Shown piece after piece: positions 21,054-32,066 of a stretch of 64,000 bases of DNA. The stretch is from Candidatus Latescibacterota bacterium. Its GTDB lineage: Bacteria; Latescibacterota; UBA2968; GCA-2709665. Under the pieces are notes generated by a model. The model was given only the letters and a program-made list of their open reading frames with translations, did no database searches and had not been told where the DNA came from. The stretch is taken from assembly GCA_965237675.1 (NCBI GenBank), contig OZ250150.1:1216001-1280000 (forward strand), given 5' to 3'. The first letter of the stretch is position 1, and each line of letters starts with the position of its first letter. The translations under genes and the position numbers were made by a program.

Positions 21054-21099
21054 CACTCCCCCTTGAGGGGGAGTCGCCGCCTCCGGCGGCGGTGGGGGG
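21054..21099. repeat. Palindromic intergenic repeat (ACTCCCCC-TTGA-GGGGGAGT type); related copy at 30997-31060
   Basis: Hairpin plus GGCGGCGGTGGGGGG tail shared with 30997-31060. Confidence 0.55.
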
Positions 21100-21214
21100 A
21101 CCCGCCCGTGCGCGCTACGCCTCCTCCCCTGGGAGCGCGGGCACCTGCCCGAGCCGATTTCTGCTCGGCACGAAGGTCCTGCCCGCCCGGGGTTCCGGCT
21201 AGACAGTGACAATC

Positions 21215-21231
21215 TATTCCTATTAGGAATA
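21215..21231. promoter_or_regulatory. Perfect palindrome TATTCCTA-T-TAGGAATA, candidate LysR box
   Basis: 8-bp perfect arms containing T-N11-A in the AT-rich LysR/acnA divergent region. Confidence 0.55.
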
Positions 21232-21438
21232 TTATCTATAACAACGATTCGTTTTTGTATTGTATTGAATTTAGCTAAATTTGATCCGGATGTAAAGAGG
21301 GAACCCGCGAATCGCAAAGGCGGGGGATGGTAACATATTTCTGGGACAGGACACTGAATTTCGGCTTGCAAACTTTAGATAATGTGATATCTTATGTAAG
21401 TATCTCTTTGATTCGATTAGACCGGACGCACGGTATAT

Positions 21439-21463
21439 GTAGGGGCAACCCTTGTGGTTGCCC
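21439..21463 (+). repeat. GTAG-family REP palindrome
   Basis: GTAG-GGGCAACC-CTTGT-GGTTGCCC. Confidence 0.7.
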
Positions 21464-21509
21464 ACATATTGGCGAGGATATCGCTGGTTGGTATCGCTAA
21501 CCGGTGTTA

Positions 21510-21700
21510 GCTGACAGCTGGTAGCTGTTTTTCCAGTAACGAGGGCGACCGGCCGGTCGTCCCTACCAAAATCAGGCATCCGTGAACTGATATCACAATG
21601 CCGAATCGCTAGCCGGTGTTGGCTGACTGCTGATAGCTGACCGCTGATAGCTGTTGTTCCTGACCGCTGACCTCTTTTTCTTCTCACGTCTTACGTCTCT
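21510..21700. repeat. Degenerate heptamer repeats (GCTGAYN and ACGTCTY)
   Basis: GCTGACT-GCTGATA-GCTGACC-GCTGATA at 21622-21649 plus scattered copies. Confidence 0.6.
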
Positions 21701-21729
21701 CTTCTTACCGCCTTTTGAGGATTCCCGTT

Positions 21730-24429
21730 ATGAGCAACGTTAAGGATCCGTTTGGATTACGTGACGTGTTGTCCACTGCCGGCGGTGAGGTCCGGATCTA
21801 TCGCCTGGATCAATTGGAAACGTCCGGCGTCGGAGCGATTTCGCGATTGCCGTTCACCATAAAGGTGTTGCTGGAGGCCGCGCTGCGGAATCTGGACGGT
21901 TATCTGGTAACCGAAGACGACGTGGCGGGGCTGGCCGGATGGAAGGCGGCGGCGCCGACGCAGGCGGAGATCCCTTTCAGGCCGGCGCGCGTGGTGTTGC
22001 AGGATTTTACCGGCGTGCCCTCCCTGGTCGATCTGGCCGCGCTTCGTTCCGCCATGGCCCGGATGGGAAAAGATCCGCGGCGGATCGAGCCGCAGATTCC
22101 GGCCGACCTGGTGATCGACCATTCGGTGCAGGTCGACCGGTTTGCCCGCCATGACGCGCTGCGTATCAACGCGGACATCGAATTTGAACGGAACCGGGAA
22201 CGGTATGAGTTCCTGAGGTGGGGAGCCAATGCGTTCGAGAAGTTTCACGTGGTACCGCCCGCTACGGGAATCGTGCACCAGGTGAACCTGGAATACCTGG
22301 CGAAGGGCGTGGTGCGCCAGCGAGGCGTGGCGTTTCCGGACAGCCTGGTCGGAACCGATTCCCATACCACAATGATCAACGGCCTGGGCGTGTTGGGTTG
22401 GGGCGTTGGCGGGATCGAGGCCGAGGCGGTCATGTTGGGGCAGCCAATTTATATGGCGACGCCCGAGGTGGTGGGCTTCAAGCTGCACGGAAGCCTGCCC
22501 GACGGCGCCACGGCTACCGATCTGGCGCTGACGGTCACCCAGATGCTGCGCGCAAAAGGGGTGGTCGGCAAGTTTGTGGAGTTCTACGGCACGGGGCTGT
22601 CGAGCATCAGCCTTGCCGACCGCGCAACCATCGCCAATATGGCACCGGAATACGGCGCAACCGTGGGTTTCTTTCCTGTAGACGCGGAGACGTTGCGTTA
22701 CCTGGAGCGCACCGCGCGATCGGAGGAGGAAGTCGACCTGGTGGCACAATATACCCGGGCGCAGGGCTTGTTCCGCACGGACGAAACGCCGGAACCCGTG
22801 TTTACGGAAACGCTCGAGATGGACCTGGGCGGCGTGGAACCGAGTCTGGCGGGGCCGAAACGGCCGCAGGACCGCGTGCCGCTGGACGCCATGAAGCGGG
22901 GTTTCGAGCAGGCGTTGGCATCACCCGTCGGTCACAGCGGATTCGGGGTGGACGAGGCCGTCCGCGGGAGGAAGTTGACCGTGGCGGCCAACGGTGGGTC
23001 TCAGATCGGACACGGCGCGGTGGTGATCGCGGCGATTACGAGTTGCACGAACACGAGCAATCCCACGGTGATGGTTGGCGCGGGACTTCTGGCCAGGAAG
23101 GCGGTGGAACGGGGGCTCACGGTGCCGTCCCACGTGAAAACAAGCCTGGCGCCGGGGTCGCGTGTGGTAACGGATTATCTGAATGCGGCGGGGCTGACGC
23201 CCTACCTGGAGCAACTCGGATTCCACACGGTCGGATATGGATGCACCACCTGCATCGGAAACAGCGGCCCGCTGCCGGCGTCCGTGGTGGCGGCAATTGA
23301 CGAAGGCGACCTGGTGGCGGCATCGGTCCTGTCTGGAAACCGGAATTTCGAGGGACGGGTAAACCCTCACGTAAAGGCGAACTACCTGGCGTCTCCGCCC
23401 CTGGTGGTTGCCTACGCGCTGGCGGGCAGGGTTGACGTGGACCTGGCGAACGAGCCTCTGGGCGAGGATGCCGATGGTCATCCGGTAACCCTGAGGGACA
23501 TCTGGCCCACCCAGCAGGAAATCGCCGATACCATTGCAGAGGCCCTGAAACCCGAGATGTTCGCAACGCAGTACAGCAACGTCTTCGACGGGAACGAGAC
23601 GTGGAACGCCATTGTCGGGCAGGAATCGGCGCTCTATTCCTGGAACGAGGGCAGCACCTACGTGCTGGAGCCGCCATTCTTCCGGGACCTGTCGGAAAAA
23701 CCGGCGCCGATTCGGGAAATTCACGGCGCCCGGGTGCTCGTGATGTTGGGCGATTCCGTGACAACCGACCACATTTCACCGGCGGGCAGTATTGCCGTGG
23801 ACAGCCCGGCGGGACGGTACCTGATCGAAAAAGGAGTGGCGCCAAAGGATTTCAACTCGTACGGATCCCGGCGCGGCAATCACGAAGTGATGGTGCGCGG
23901 CACATTTGCAAATATCCGCATCCGAAACTTGCTGGCACCCGGGACGGAAGGCGGCGTCACCGTCCATCTGCCCCGCGGCGAGCAGATGCGAATCTACGAT
24001 GCGGCGACACGCTATGCACAGGAGGGTGTGCCGCTGATTGTCATGGCCGGAAAGGAATACGGAGCGGGTTCGTCACGCGACTGGGCGGCCAAAGGGCCGG
24101 CGCTGCAGGGGGTTCGAGCCGTGATTGCCGAGAGTTACGAACGAATTCACCGCAGCAATCTGGTGGGGATGGGCGTACTGCCGTTACAGTTCAAGCAGGG
24201 CGAAACCGCGGCTTCGCTGGGACTCATGGGACGAGAGGTCTTCGATATCACGGGCATCGGCGACGACCTGCGCCTGCTTCAGGACGCAACGGTCACGGCG
24301 ACCGCCCCGGATGGAACCGTGACGACATTTGCCACCACGGTGCGCATCGACACGCCCGTGGAAATTGACTATTATCGGAACGGAGGCATTCTGCACTCGG
24401 TGCTGAGAACCTATCTGAACGAAACCTGA
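21730..24429 (+). CDS. acnA: Aconitate hydratase A
   Basis: [48 protein letters not shown]. Confidence 0.99.
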   Translation: MSNVKDPFGLRDVLSTAGGEVRIYRLDQLETSGVGAISRLPFTIKVLLEAALRNLDGYLVTEDDVAGLAGWKAAAPTQAEIPFRPARVVLQDFTGVPSLVDLAALRSAMARMGKDPRRIEPQIPADLVIDHSVQVDRFARHDALRINADIEFERNRERYEFLRWGANAFEKFHVVPPATGIVHQVNLEYLAKGVVRQRGVAFPDSLVGTDSHTTMINGLGVLGWGVGGIEAEAVMLGQPIYMATPEVVGFKLHGSLPDGATATDLALTVTQMLRAKGVVGKFVEFYGTGLSSISLADRATIANMAPEYGATVGFFPVDAETLRYLERTARSEEEVDLVAQYTRAQGLFRTDETPEPVFTETLEMDLGGVEPSLAGPKRPQDRVPLDAMKRGFEQALASPVGHSGFGVDEAVRGRKLTVAANGGSQIGHGAVVIAAITSCTNTSNPTVMVGAGLLARKAVERGLTVPSHVKTSLAPGSRVVTDYLNAAGLTPYLEQLGFHTVGYGCTTCIGNSGPLPASVVAAIDEGDLVAASVLSGNRNFEGRVNPHVKANYLASPPLVVAYALAGRVDVDLANEPLGEDADGHPVTLRDIWPTQQEIADTIAEALKPEMFATQYSNVFDGNETWNAIVGQESALYSWNEGSTYVLEPPFFRDLSEKPAPIREIHGARVLVMLGDSVTTDHISPAGSIAVDSPAGRYLIEKGVAPKDFNSYGSRRGNHEVMVRGTFANIRIRNLLAPGTEGGVTVHLPRGEQMRIYDAATRYAQEGVPLIVMAGKEYGAGSSRDWAAKGPALQGVRAVIAESYERIHRSNLVGMGVLPLQFKQGETAASLGLMGREVFDITGIGDDLRLLQDATVTATAPDGTVTTFATTVRIDTPVEIDYYRNGGILHSVLRTYLNET

Positions 24430-24556
24430 TCTCCGGCTCAGAACCGGCCAGGGATGAGAAACAGCTCCCCGCCCGGCGGCCCTGAAAAAGAAAAGGGCCG
24501 GATCGTTCAGGTCCCCGGCCGTGTGTAAAATTCGGATGTCAAATCGAAGGCTGTTC

Positions 24557-25480
24557 TCAGAAGGTCAGTTTCCGGACGCTCGATCGAACGGCCTCGGCGG
24601 AGGCCTGAAACGCATTCTGTTCGTCCGGCGTGAGACCGATTTCGATGATCTCCTCTACGCCGGAAGCACCCAGCTTAACGGGCACACCCATAAACAGATC
24701 GTGAATGCCGTATTGGCCGGTGAGCCAGGCAGCGCATGGAAGGATGCGTTTTTTGTCCCGCGCAATGGCCGCCACCATTTCGGCAATGGCGGACGCGGGC
24801 GCATAATAGGCGCTGCCCGTTTTGAGGTGTCCGACAATTTCGGCGCCGCCATTTCGGGTGCGTTCAACCAGCCGGTCGATGGCGGCTTCGTCTAACAGTT
24901 CGGAGAGTGGAATGCCGGCAACGGATGAGTAACGGGGCAGGGGCAGCATGGAATCGCCGTGGCCGCCCAGAACGAATGCGGTCACGTCTTCCACGGAAAC
25001 GTCCAGTTCACCCGCGATGAAATAACGAAACCGCGCGGAATCCAAAATGCCCGCCATGCCAACGACACGTGCGGGCGAAAACTCCGTAACTTTCAGCGCC
25101 ACGTAAGCCATTGCGTCGAGGGGATTGGTTACGACGATAACAATGGCGTCGGGCGCTGTTTCTTTGACACGTTCGCAAACCGAGCCGACGATATCGGCGT
25201 TTGTGGACAGCAGGTCGTCCCGGGTCATGCCGGGCTTACGCGCCAGACCCGCGGTGATGACGACGATGTCGGATCCGGACACGCTGCCTGAATCGCTCGA
25301 ACCGACAACCCGGGTGTCAAAGCGGTCAACCGGCGACGCCTCGGCCAGGTCCAGGGCTTTACCCTGAGGAATTCCCTCGGCGACGTCCAGCAGGATCAGT
25401 TCGCGGGCGAGTTCCCGTTCCGCAATATGCTGAGCGGCGGTCGCTCCCACGTTGCCGGCGCCAACCACTGCGATCTTCAA
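24557..25480 (-). CDS. mdh: Malate dehydrogenase (LDH-like type)
   Basis: [28 protein letters not shown]. Confidence 0.97.
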   Translation of the reverse strand: MKIAVVGAGNVGATAAQHIAERELARELILLDVAEGIPQGKALDLAEASPVDRFDTRVVGSSDSGSVSGSDIVVITAGLARKPGMTRDDLLSTNADIVGSVCERVKETAPDAIVIVVTNPLDAMAYVALKVTEFSPARVVGMAGILDSARFRYFIAGELDVSVEDVTAFVLGGHGDSMLPLPRYSSVAGIPLSELLDEAAIDRLVERTRNGGAEIVGHLKTGSAYYAPASAIAEMVAAIARDKKRILPCAAWLTGQYGIHDLFMGVPVKLGASGVEEIIEIGLTPDEQNAFQASAEAVRSSVRKLTF

Positions 25481-25487
25481 TGCTCGG

Positions 25488-25748
25488 CTACTCCGCCTTG
25501 GGGTAAACGCTGACCTTTTTGTGGCGTTTGTCCACGTTCTGGAAGGTCACAATTCCGTCTGCCAGCGCAAAAAGAGAATCGTCTTTGCCGCGCCTTACCA
25601 TGTCTCCGGGATGGATACGGGTGCCGCGTTGCCGGATAATGATGCTGCCCGCGGTGACAAACTGACCGCCAAAGGCTTTGACGCCCAGGCGCTGTCCCCG
25701 GCTGTCGCGGCCGTTCCGGGAGCTTCCGACCCCTTTTTTGTGGGCCAT
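25488..25748 (-). CDS. rpmA: 50S ribosomal protein L27
   Basis: [22 protein letters not shown]. Confidence 0.99.
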   Translation of the reverse strand: MAHKKGVGSSRNGRDSRGQRLGVKAFGGQFVTAGSIIIRQRGTRIHPGDMVRRGKDDSLFALADGIVTFQNVDKRHKKVSVYPKAE

Positions 25749-25820
25749 TTCGTTGACCTCCTCACCCTGCCTCCGGTGGAATCCGGACTTCCTGAGACCG
25801 TGCGAAAACCAGGGATGGGT

Positions 25821-26132
25821 TTATGCTGAAATGCCGTCGATCCGGAGTTCCGTATAGGGCTGCCGATGGCCGTTTTTCCGCCGGTAGCCCTTTCGACGTT
25901 TCATTTTGAAGACGATGATTTTGTCGTGCTTTCCGTGCCCCAGGACACTGGCCTCCACGGCAGCCCCTTCAACCTGCGGTCTGCCGATGCTGGTTTCGCC
26001 ATCTTTCGATACCAGCAGAACCCGATCCAGGGTGAGTGATTCTCCAGCCTCGGCTTTCAGGCGGGAGACGCGAATGCGATCTCCTTCCTGAACTTTGACC
26101 TGCTGGCCGGCGATTTCGACAACGGCGTACAT
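25821..26132 (-). CDS. rplU: 50S ribosomal protein L21
   Basis: MYAVVEIAGQQ...KRRKGYRRKNGHRQPYT. Confidence 0.98.
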   Translation of the reverse strand: MYAVVEIAGQQVKVQEGDRIRVSRLKAEAGESLTLDRVLLVSKDGETSIGRPQVEGAAVEASVLGHGKHDKIIVFKMKRRKGYRRKNGHRQPYTELRIDGISA

Positions 26133-26219
26133 GAAAAAACCTCCGGAAAACGATTTGGTACATCCGTCCGTTTCAACCGCGAAACGGGCCGGAAACGGTA
26201 ACAAAGACGGGGGGTTTTG

Positions 26220-27761
26220 TCAAGTTTTAAATTTGTCCGTAATGTCCAGGTTTTGTTTCCGGGAATGCATCCGGTAGGCGTCGACCTGCAGATCGGGGTC
26301 ATTTTCCACGTTCAGCCACACCCGCGTGGACCGTCGCAGCCTCTTCAGGCGTTCGCGACGGTTTTCAAGGATGAATTCTCCGACCGTGGGGTTGACGTGC
26401 ACGGTAAGTCTGCGCTCAACCGAGGCGGCCCGGGACCGCTTGAGCCACCGCTCGATGCGGGCAAGGGTGAACTCCCGGCTGGGCACGCGCCCGCTGCCGT
26501 GGCAGTCGGGACAGGATTCGCTGAAGGTGAACATAAGGCTCGGGCGAACCCTCTGGCGGGTCATCTCCATGAGGCCGAACTCGCTGATCTCCGAAAAGCG
26601 GGGCTTGGACCGGTCCCGGCGGACGGCCTGTCGGAATTCAGATTCCACCTTTTTGCGGTTCTGGACAAAGGCCATGTCGATGAAATCGATCACGATGATA
26701 CCACCGATATCGCGCAGGCGAAGCTGCCGTGGGATCTCGCCTGCGGCCTCGAGGTTGATTTTCAACACGTTATCTTCCTGGTTCGACCGGCCGACGAACC
26801 GGCCGCTATTCACGTCGATGGCAAATAAAGCCTCGGTGTGGTCCAGAACCAGGTATCCGCCGCCCTTCAGCCAGACCTTGCGGTCCGAGCATTTCTCAAT
26901 TTCACTTTCGATACCGAAGGCGTCGAAGATGGGTGTGCTGTCTCTGTGGTATTCCACCCGGCTACGGAGATGGGGCGAAGTGGATTTGAGATAAGCCAGT
27001 ATCTTCTTGTATTCCTGTTTTGCGTCAACCACCAGGCGGTCGACGTCGTCGGTAAACAGGTCGCGGATCAGACTGGACGTCATGCCCATTTCTTTGTGTA
27101 AAATGCTGGCCGCATCGGCGTTTCCGTATAGTTTCTGGACGCGCGACCAGACATTCATCAATTGCTTCAGGTCTCGCATCATCTCCCGGTCGCCCTTGCC
27201 GGAGGCTTCGGTCCGCACGATGATGCCAAAACCGTCGGGGCGGATGTCGTGGCCGAGTTCCTTCAGCCTTCGTTTTTCGGAGATGTTGGTGATCTTCCGG
27301 GAAACACCCACCTTCTCCCCGTTGGGCACCAGCACCATAAACCGCCCTGGCAGGGAGGGCACCGCCGTCACCCTGGGCCCTTTGGTGCCGATGGGTTCTT
27401 TCTTGACCTGGACAAGAACGTGCTGGCCCTTCCGGATGAGTTCCTCTATGGGAATGACCGATTTGCCGTTTACGTGGGTCCTGGCGTCGATTTCCTCAAG
27501 GGTTTCTTCATCCAGCCCCACCATTGACCCGGGCGAACCGGGCATATCTGAGGCATGAAGAAAAGCGCTTTTCTCCAGGCCGATATCCACAAAGGCGGCC
27601 TGCATTCCGGGGAGTACCGCAGCAACGGTTCCTTTGTAGATATCGCCGACCATGCGCTCGTTCTCGGCGAATTCGACGAGAATTTCAACCAACTTTCCAT
27701 CTTCCAGGACAGCAATTCGAGATTCGTGAGACCCTACGTTAATAATTATTTCGTTCTTCAC
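26220..27761 (-). CDS. rng: Rne/Rng family ribonuclease
   Basis: GDIYKG.V..VLPGMQAAFVDIG, IDVNSG, LRLRDIGGIIVIDFIDM, CPDCHGSG; GTG start with GAGG RBS. Confidence 0.93.
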   Translation of the reverse strand: MKNEIIINVGSHESRIAVLEDGKLVEILVEFAENERMVGDIYKGTVAAVLPGMQAAFVDIGLEKSAFLHASDMPGSPGSMVGLDEETLEEIDARTHVNGKSVIPIEELIRKGQHVLVQVKKEPIGTKGPRVTAVPSLPGRFMVLVPNGEKVGVSRKITNISEKRRLKELGHDIRPDGFGIIVRTEASGKGDREMMRDLKQLMNVWSRVQKLYGNADAASILHKEMGMTSSLIRDLFTDDVDRLVVDAKQEYKKILAYLKSTSPHLRSRVEYHRDSTPIFDAFGIESEIEKCSDRKVWLKGGGYLVLDHTEALFAIDVNSGRFVGRSNQEDNVLKINLEAAGEIPRQLRLRDIGGIIVIDFIDMAFVQNRKKVESEFRQAVRRDRSKPRFSEISEFGLMEMTRQRVRPSLMFTFSESCPDCHGSGRVPSREFTLARIERWLKRSRAASVERRLTVHVNPTVGEFILENRRERLKRLRRSTRVWLNVENDPDLQVDAYRMHSRKQNLDITDKFKT

Positions 27762-27908
27762 TCGCACCTCATCCTTCTTCACAAATAAACATCTGGTATT
27801 ATTGTATGTTACAGAAATGTAACAAAAACCCGAACGATAGACAAGGAGATTGTTCCAACGCGGCAGCATGAACGCGTGACCAGTCGTTCGATCTGCGGAT
27901 AGGAAACT

Positions 27909-28646
27909 CTACTTTGCGACATCCCGTCTTGGGAAGATGGTGATTTCTTCGACGATCGCCCGGCCGGGTAGCTGCGCGACCATCAGCGCGGCGGCGGCGA
28001 TGTCTTCCGGCGGAAGCGCGGCGGCCCGTTTTTCGTCGGAGACAGGGTTGGGGCGAAGATCCAGGATGGGGGTGTCGACCTCTCCCGGAAAGATGCAACA
28101 CGCCCGGATGCCGGCCTGGCGGAACTCGGCGTTGATGGACTGGTTCAGGGCGGCCATTCCAAATTTGGATGCGCAGTAGGCCACCCCCGCGACCATGCCG
28201 GACCGTTTGCCTGCCATGGAAGAGATATTGATGACCAGGCCGTCGCCCTGTTTCTCCATGTGCGGCATGACGGCCCGAAATGCGTTGAATGCGCCCGTGA
28301 GATTGATATCCACAACCCGATCCCAGTCCTCGTCGGATATATCTCTGAGGCCGCGCTTCAGGGTGTTGATACCGGCGTTGTTCACCAGGATATCGATCCG
28401 CCCGAAACGCTCGATGGCGCGATCCGAGAGGGTTTTGACAGACTCCCGGGAGGTGACGTCGGCCGGTACACACAGCGTCTCTGTTTGGGGATTGCGCGCT
28501 GCGTCGGCGGTTTCTTCCAGGACTTCGGCGCGGCGTCCGGCAACGACGCAATTCATACCTGCATTGGAAAAAGCGACGGCGATGGCGCGGCCGATGCCCG
28601 TGCCGGCGCCCGTGATGATGGCGGTTTTGGGGTCAGTGCCTGTCAT
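27909..28646 (-). CDS. SDR family oxidoreductase
   Basis: TGAGTGIG, NNAG, YCASK. Confidence 0.9.
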   Translation of the reverse strand: MTGTDPKTAIITGAGTGIGRAIAVAFSNAGMNCVVAGRRAEVLEETADAARNPQTETLCVPADVTSRESVKTLSDRAIERFGRIDILVNNAGINTLKRGLRDISDEDWDRVVDINLTGAFNAFRAVMPHMEKQGDGLVINISSMAGKRSGMVAGVAYCASKFGMAALNQSINAEFRQAGIRACCIFPGEVDTPILDLRPNPVSDEKRAAALPPEDIAAAALMVAQLPGRAIVEEITIFPRRDVAK

Positions 28647-29114
28647 GAAGTCTTGAACTCGCAGGAGAGATATGGGATGAGGATTCTGCAACTGGAATGG
28701 GACCGGTGATGATTGCGTGTTGCGGTCCGCCTCGGGGTTTGAGCACATCGGCGGGGTGGCGGCAGCGCGGAATCCACCGTTTTCGACGCTTCACACACGT
28801 GCATAATGTATGCATTCGAAGCGGGAATGTCAAATCACCGACCCTGCAGAACAAGGTTAGCGCGGAATGGGTTAGCGCAGTTGGCAGAAGCCGCGGGCAC
28901 GCATTCGCCTGGCGGCGCGGTTTCCGCGGTATTCACGGGTGTCGGGAGCGCTTTGCCATCGAATCGCGCGGATCCGCGACGTACGTTCGGATGCCGCTTG
29001 ATCCCGATCCGGATCCGGATGGAAGGATTGCATTTGGAAGTGACATTTGCACCGGGTTTTTATATATTTATCCCCTGACGTCGGAAGAATCCGGCGTAAT
29101 GGAGGGGACCACCG

Positions 29115-30341
29115 ATGGATATGATCACCATGGACGAAGCCATTCGCGTCGTCCTGCAACATACGTTCGCCATCGACGGAACCAATGTCAACCTGATGGA
29201 CGCCCTGGGGTGCACGCTCAGGGAGGATGTGCGATCGGACATCGACATGCCGCCGTTCGACAAAGCGACCATGGACGGGTACGCGGTGGTAGGGCAAGAC
29301 GTCGCGGACGCACGCCAGGAAAATCCCGCCGTTCTCGACGTGATCGAAGAGATTCCGGCCGGAACGGTTCCCCGGAAGGTGGTTTCAAGCGGTCAGGCCG
29401 CAAGAATCATGACGGGCGCGCCGATGCCCGATGGCGCGGACACGGTTGTGATGGTGGAAGACACCGTTGCCGAACGGGATGGCCTGGGCGTGCGGGTGCT
29501 GGCCGTGACGGAGGAGGGACGCAATGTTGTCCCTCTCGGCGAAGATGTGAGATGCAATCAGATCGTGCTCGAGGCCGGAACGCTCATTCGCCCGCCGGAA
29601 ATCGGAATTCTGGCGACGGTGGGTGTGGTCAGCGTACCCGTCTATCGCAGGCCGATCGTCGGTGTGGTCGCGACCGGCAGCGAAATCGTGGAACCGGGAA
29701 ACAACCCGGCGGCCGGGCAGATCCGGAACAGCAACGGGTATTCGATGATGGCGCAGGCGCTGCGGTCCGGCGCACAGACGCGGTATCTGGGCATCGTGGA
29801 AGACGACGAAGCCGCACTGAATGCCGTGATTTCCCGCGGTCTCGACGAGTGCGACGTGGTTCTTCTTTCCGGAGGCGTATCGGCCGGCATTTATGACCTG
29901 GTTCAGGGCGCGATGCGGGATTGCGGGGTGGAGATCTTCTTCGATCGGATCCTGATGAAGCCGGGCAAACCGCTCACCTTCGGCGCACTGGGAAAGAAAC
30001 TCGTCTTCGGGTTACCGGGAAATCCGGTCTCGGCGGTGGTGGGTCTTGAACTGCTGGTCCGTCCGGCGGTTCGGAAGATGCAGCGGATGTCGGAGGTTCA
30101 TCGGCCGATGGTCCGGGGAAAATTGGCGCAGGGGTTCCGGCAGTCGCCGGGGCGCAAGCAGTTCGTGCCGGCCCGGTCCGAGGAAGTCAACGGATGCTGG
30201 GAAAGCCGCTGGGTGGGCCACCACGGATCGGCGGATCTCTTTTCTCTTTCACGAGCAAACAGCCTCTTCGTGGTCGAGGCCGAGGTGGAAGCGCTCGACG
30301 CGGGCGCGGAAGTGGACATCGTGTTGCTGGAAGACTGGTAG
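29115..30341 (+). CDS. moeA: Molybdopterin molybdenumtransferase MoeA
   Basis: PPFDKATMDGYA, IMTGAP.P.GAD, SGGVSAG, LPGNPVS. Confidence 0.96.
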   Translation: MDMITMDEAIRVVLQHTFAIDGTNVNLMDALGCTLREDVRSDIDMPPFDKATMDGYAVVGQDVADARQENPAVLDVIEEIPAGTVPRKVVSSGQAARIMTGAPMPDGADTVVMVEDTVAERDGLGVRVLAVTEEGRNVVPLGEDVRCNQIVLEAGTLIRPPEIGILATVGVVSVPVYRRPIVGVVATGSEIVEPGNNPAAGQIRNSNGYSMMAQALRSGAQTRYLGIVEDDEAALNAVISRGLDECDVVLLSGGVSAGIYDLVQGAMRDCGVEIFFDRILMKPGKPLTFGALGKKLVFGLPGNPVSAVVGLELLVRPAVRKMQRMSEVHRPMVRGKLAQGFRQSPGRKQFVPARSEEVNGCWESRWVGHHGSADLFSLSRANSLFVVEAEVEALDAGAEVDIVLLEDW

Positions 30342-30414
30342 CGCGAAACGGTCCTCCATTTGTCTGCGACATGGCCGGATAACCCGCACACCTGAAATGG
30401 TTCGGGCAATTTGT

Positions 30415-30885
30415 ATGTCAAATCTGACCCATATTGCCGAAGATGGATCCGTGCGGATGGTGGACGTCACGGAGAAAGCCGTGACCGACCGCGTGGCGGT
30501 TGCGGGCGGTGAGATTGTCATGGACCCGGAGACAGCCCGTCTGGTTTCCCGGGGCGCGTTGCCCAAGGGAAACGTGCTGGAAACCGCCCGGATTGCGGGG
30601 ATTATGGCGGCGAAACGCACGTGGGAATTGATCCCGCTCTGCCATCCCGTCGATCCCACGGGTATCGAACTCAGCTTTGAGGTGGGACAGGATCGTATCG
30701 AAGCGAAAGCCAGCGTGCGCGTGACGGGCAAGACCGGCGTGGAGATGGAGGCGTTGACGGCCGTGAGCACGGCGCTGCTGACCATCTACGATATGTGCAA
30801 AGCCGTTGACAAGGACATGGCGATACGGAATATTCGCCTCCTGCGGAAAACCGGCGGCCGCAGCGGGGATTATGTCCGAGCCTAG
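30415..30885 (+). CDS. moaC: Cyclic pyranopterin monophosphate synthase MoaC
   Basis: LTH...MVDV..K, LIPLCHP, TGVEMEALT, YDMCKAVD. Confidence 0.97.
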   Translation: MSNLTHIAEDGSVRMVDVTEKAVTDRVAVAGGEIVMDPETARLVSRGALPKGNVLETARIAGIMAAKRTWELIPLCHPVDPTGIELSFEVGQDRIEAKASVRVTGKTGVEMEALTAVSTALLTIYDMCKAVDKDMAIRNIRLLRKTGGRSGDYVRA

Positions 30886-31012
30886 AAATTCATAGCACGC
30901 GTTGCTGTCGTTTTCAGTTTGATCTCGAAAAGATAACTTGCCTCGATTCGTCTAAGACACCGGGCCACCCACCATCGCGCACCGCCACCTCTCAATCACT
31001 CCCCCTCGCCTT

Positions 31013-31037
31013 GTAGCGGCGTCCCTTGTGGGCGCCC
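31013..31037 (+). repeat. GTAG-family REP palindrome nested in the 30997-31060 repeat
   Basis: GTAGC-GGCGTCC-CTTGT-GGGCGCC; same CTTGT loop as 21439. Confidence 0.6.
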
Positions 31038-31125
31038 GGCCTCTGGCGGCGGTGGGGGGCCTGCTTCGTCACGCGGCGAGGCACACTGACGCAGATCGTC
31101 CGATCGTTGCGCCAGGAAAGTCAAT

Positions 31126-31201
31126 GCGCCCATAGCTCAATAGGCAGAGCAGCTGACTCTTAATCAGAAGGTTCGGGGTTCGATTCCCTGTGGGCGCACC
31201 A
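31126..31201 (+). tRNA. tRNA-Lys (anticodon CTT), CCA encoded
   Basis: GCGCCCA/TGGGCGC acceptor stem, D arm GCTC...GAGC, anticodon loop CTCTTAA, T loop TTCGATT, 76 nt. Confidence 0.97.
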
Positions 31202-31238
31202 GATTTTCCGCCGTCTGTTCCGACGGCTCGACGGCGAA

Positions 31239-31276
31239 GACAAGACCCCGATGGACCATCCCGCCGGGGTCTTGTC
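31239..31276 (+). terminator. Hairpin downstream of the tRNA
   Basis: GACAAGACCCCG...CGGGGTCTTGTC 12-bp stem. Confidence 0.55.
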
Positions 31277-31294
31277 GTATCGGTCATCCGTTAC

Positions 31295-31323
31295 GTAGGG
31301 GCAGGTTTGAAACCTGCCCCTGC
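31295..31323 (+). repeat. GTAG-family REP palindrome
   Basis: GTAGGGGCAGGTTT-G-AAACCTGCCCCTGC; near-identical copies at 32179 and 39572. Confidence 0.8.
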
Positions 31324-31363
31324 ATTCAAGGGTGTTTTTGGAAACAGGTTACAGGAAACCGTC

Positions 31364-31792
31364 ATGCAGTTTCGCTATGCCGCCCGGCTTCAACCCGATC
31401 GCTCGGGCGAGATCACCGTCTCATTCCGGGACTTTCCGGAATGTCTCACCTCCGGTGCCGACGAGTCAGCGGCCCTCGTGGAGGCCCGCGACGCGCTCGA
31501 GGAAGCGGTTGCTGGTCGCATTGACGATAACGAGCCCATCCCGGCGCCCAGTCGCCGACGCGCAGGCGAGCAGTACATTGCCGTTCCACCCGATATGGCT
31601 GCGAAGGCCGCGTTCGCCCTCGCGTTCCGGGACAGCGGTCTGTCTCGCCTTGCCTTTGCTCGACGACTCGGCGTCGACGAGAAAGTGGTGCGTCGCATGC
31701 TTGACCCCCGACACCACACCGCCGCCAACCGCATTCACAAGGCCCTGCGGTCGCTCGGACGGGAACTGATCGTGGAGTTCCGCCCGGCGTAG
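31364..31792 (+). CDS. hicB: HicB-family antitoxin (orphan; no hicA)
   Basis: VSFRDFPECLTSG...A..EA.DALEEA...IPAPS plus C-terminal HTH (RRMLDPRHHT). Confidence 0.85.
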   Translation: MQFRYAARLQPDRSGEITVSFRDFPECLTSGADESAALVEARDALEEAVAGRIDDNEPIPAPSRRRAGEQYIAVPPDMAAKAAFALAFRDSGLSRLAFARRLGVDEKVVRRMLDPRHHTAANRIHKALRSLGRELIVEFRPA

Positions 31793-31797
31793 AGTAT

Positions 31798-31986
31798 GTG
31801 AGAGGAGAACCCGTGGCTGAGAACCGCGCGATTAAGCGTCAGAAGCAGCAGACGATCCAAGAGCGACTGGATGTTCTTCGACGGCGTGGGATCCTGGTGC
31901 GATCGGGAGCGTCAAAGCAAACGTTTCAGCCGGTGGCGCGTCGGCCGGGCGCCTTGGGGCGGTTCCTGGCTGAGCGTGGCGAGTAA
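31798..31986 (+). pseudogene. 5'-truncated Phd/YefM antitoxin, paralog of 41366-41644
   Basis: RGEPVAE...ERLD.L.RRG.LVRSGA...RRPGAL.RFLAERG matches the C-terminal two-thirds of the 41366 gene. Confidence 0.8.
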
Positions 31987-32031
31987 GCGCCTCTGATTCA
32001 GAAACCCCTTTTCAGCTATACTATTTACCCT

Positions 32032-32066
32032 GAACAGGCTTGCATAATGCAAGCCTGTTCTTTTTT
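32032..32066 (+). terminator. Intrinsic terminator-like hairpin; homolog at 41843-41877
   Basis: GAACAGGCTTGCA-TAA-TGCAAGCCTGTTC perfect 13-bp stem plus T6. Confidence 0.75.

Noticed and set aside
21510-21700. CRISPR array
   Set aside because: Only 7-nt degenerate units without spacers; no cas genes in the window
28796-28823. dif-like GCATAATGTAT
   Set aside because: The XerD arm (TTATGTTAAAT) is absent
28700-29100. Moco riboswitch upstream of moeA
   Set aside because: No recognisable conserved motif by eye; needs an Infernal scan
31023-31036. CCCTTGTGGGCGC resembling the tRNA 3' end (att duplicate)
   Set aside because: It lies upstream of the tRNA and is explained by a REP; no downstream attR copy or integrase was found by eye
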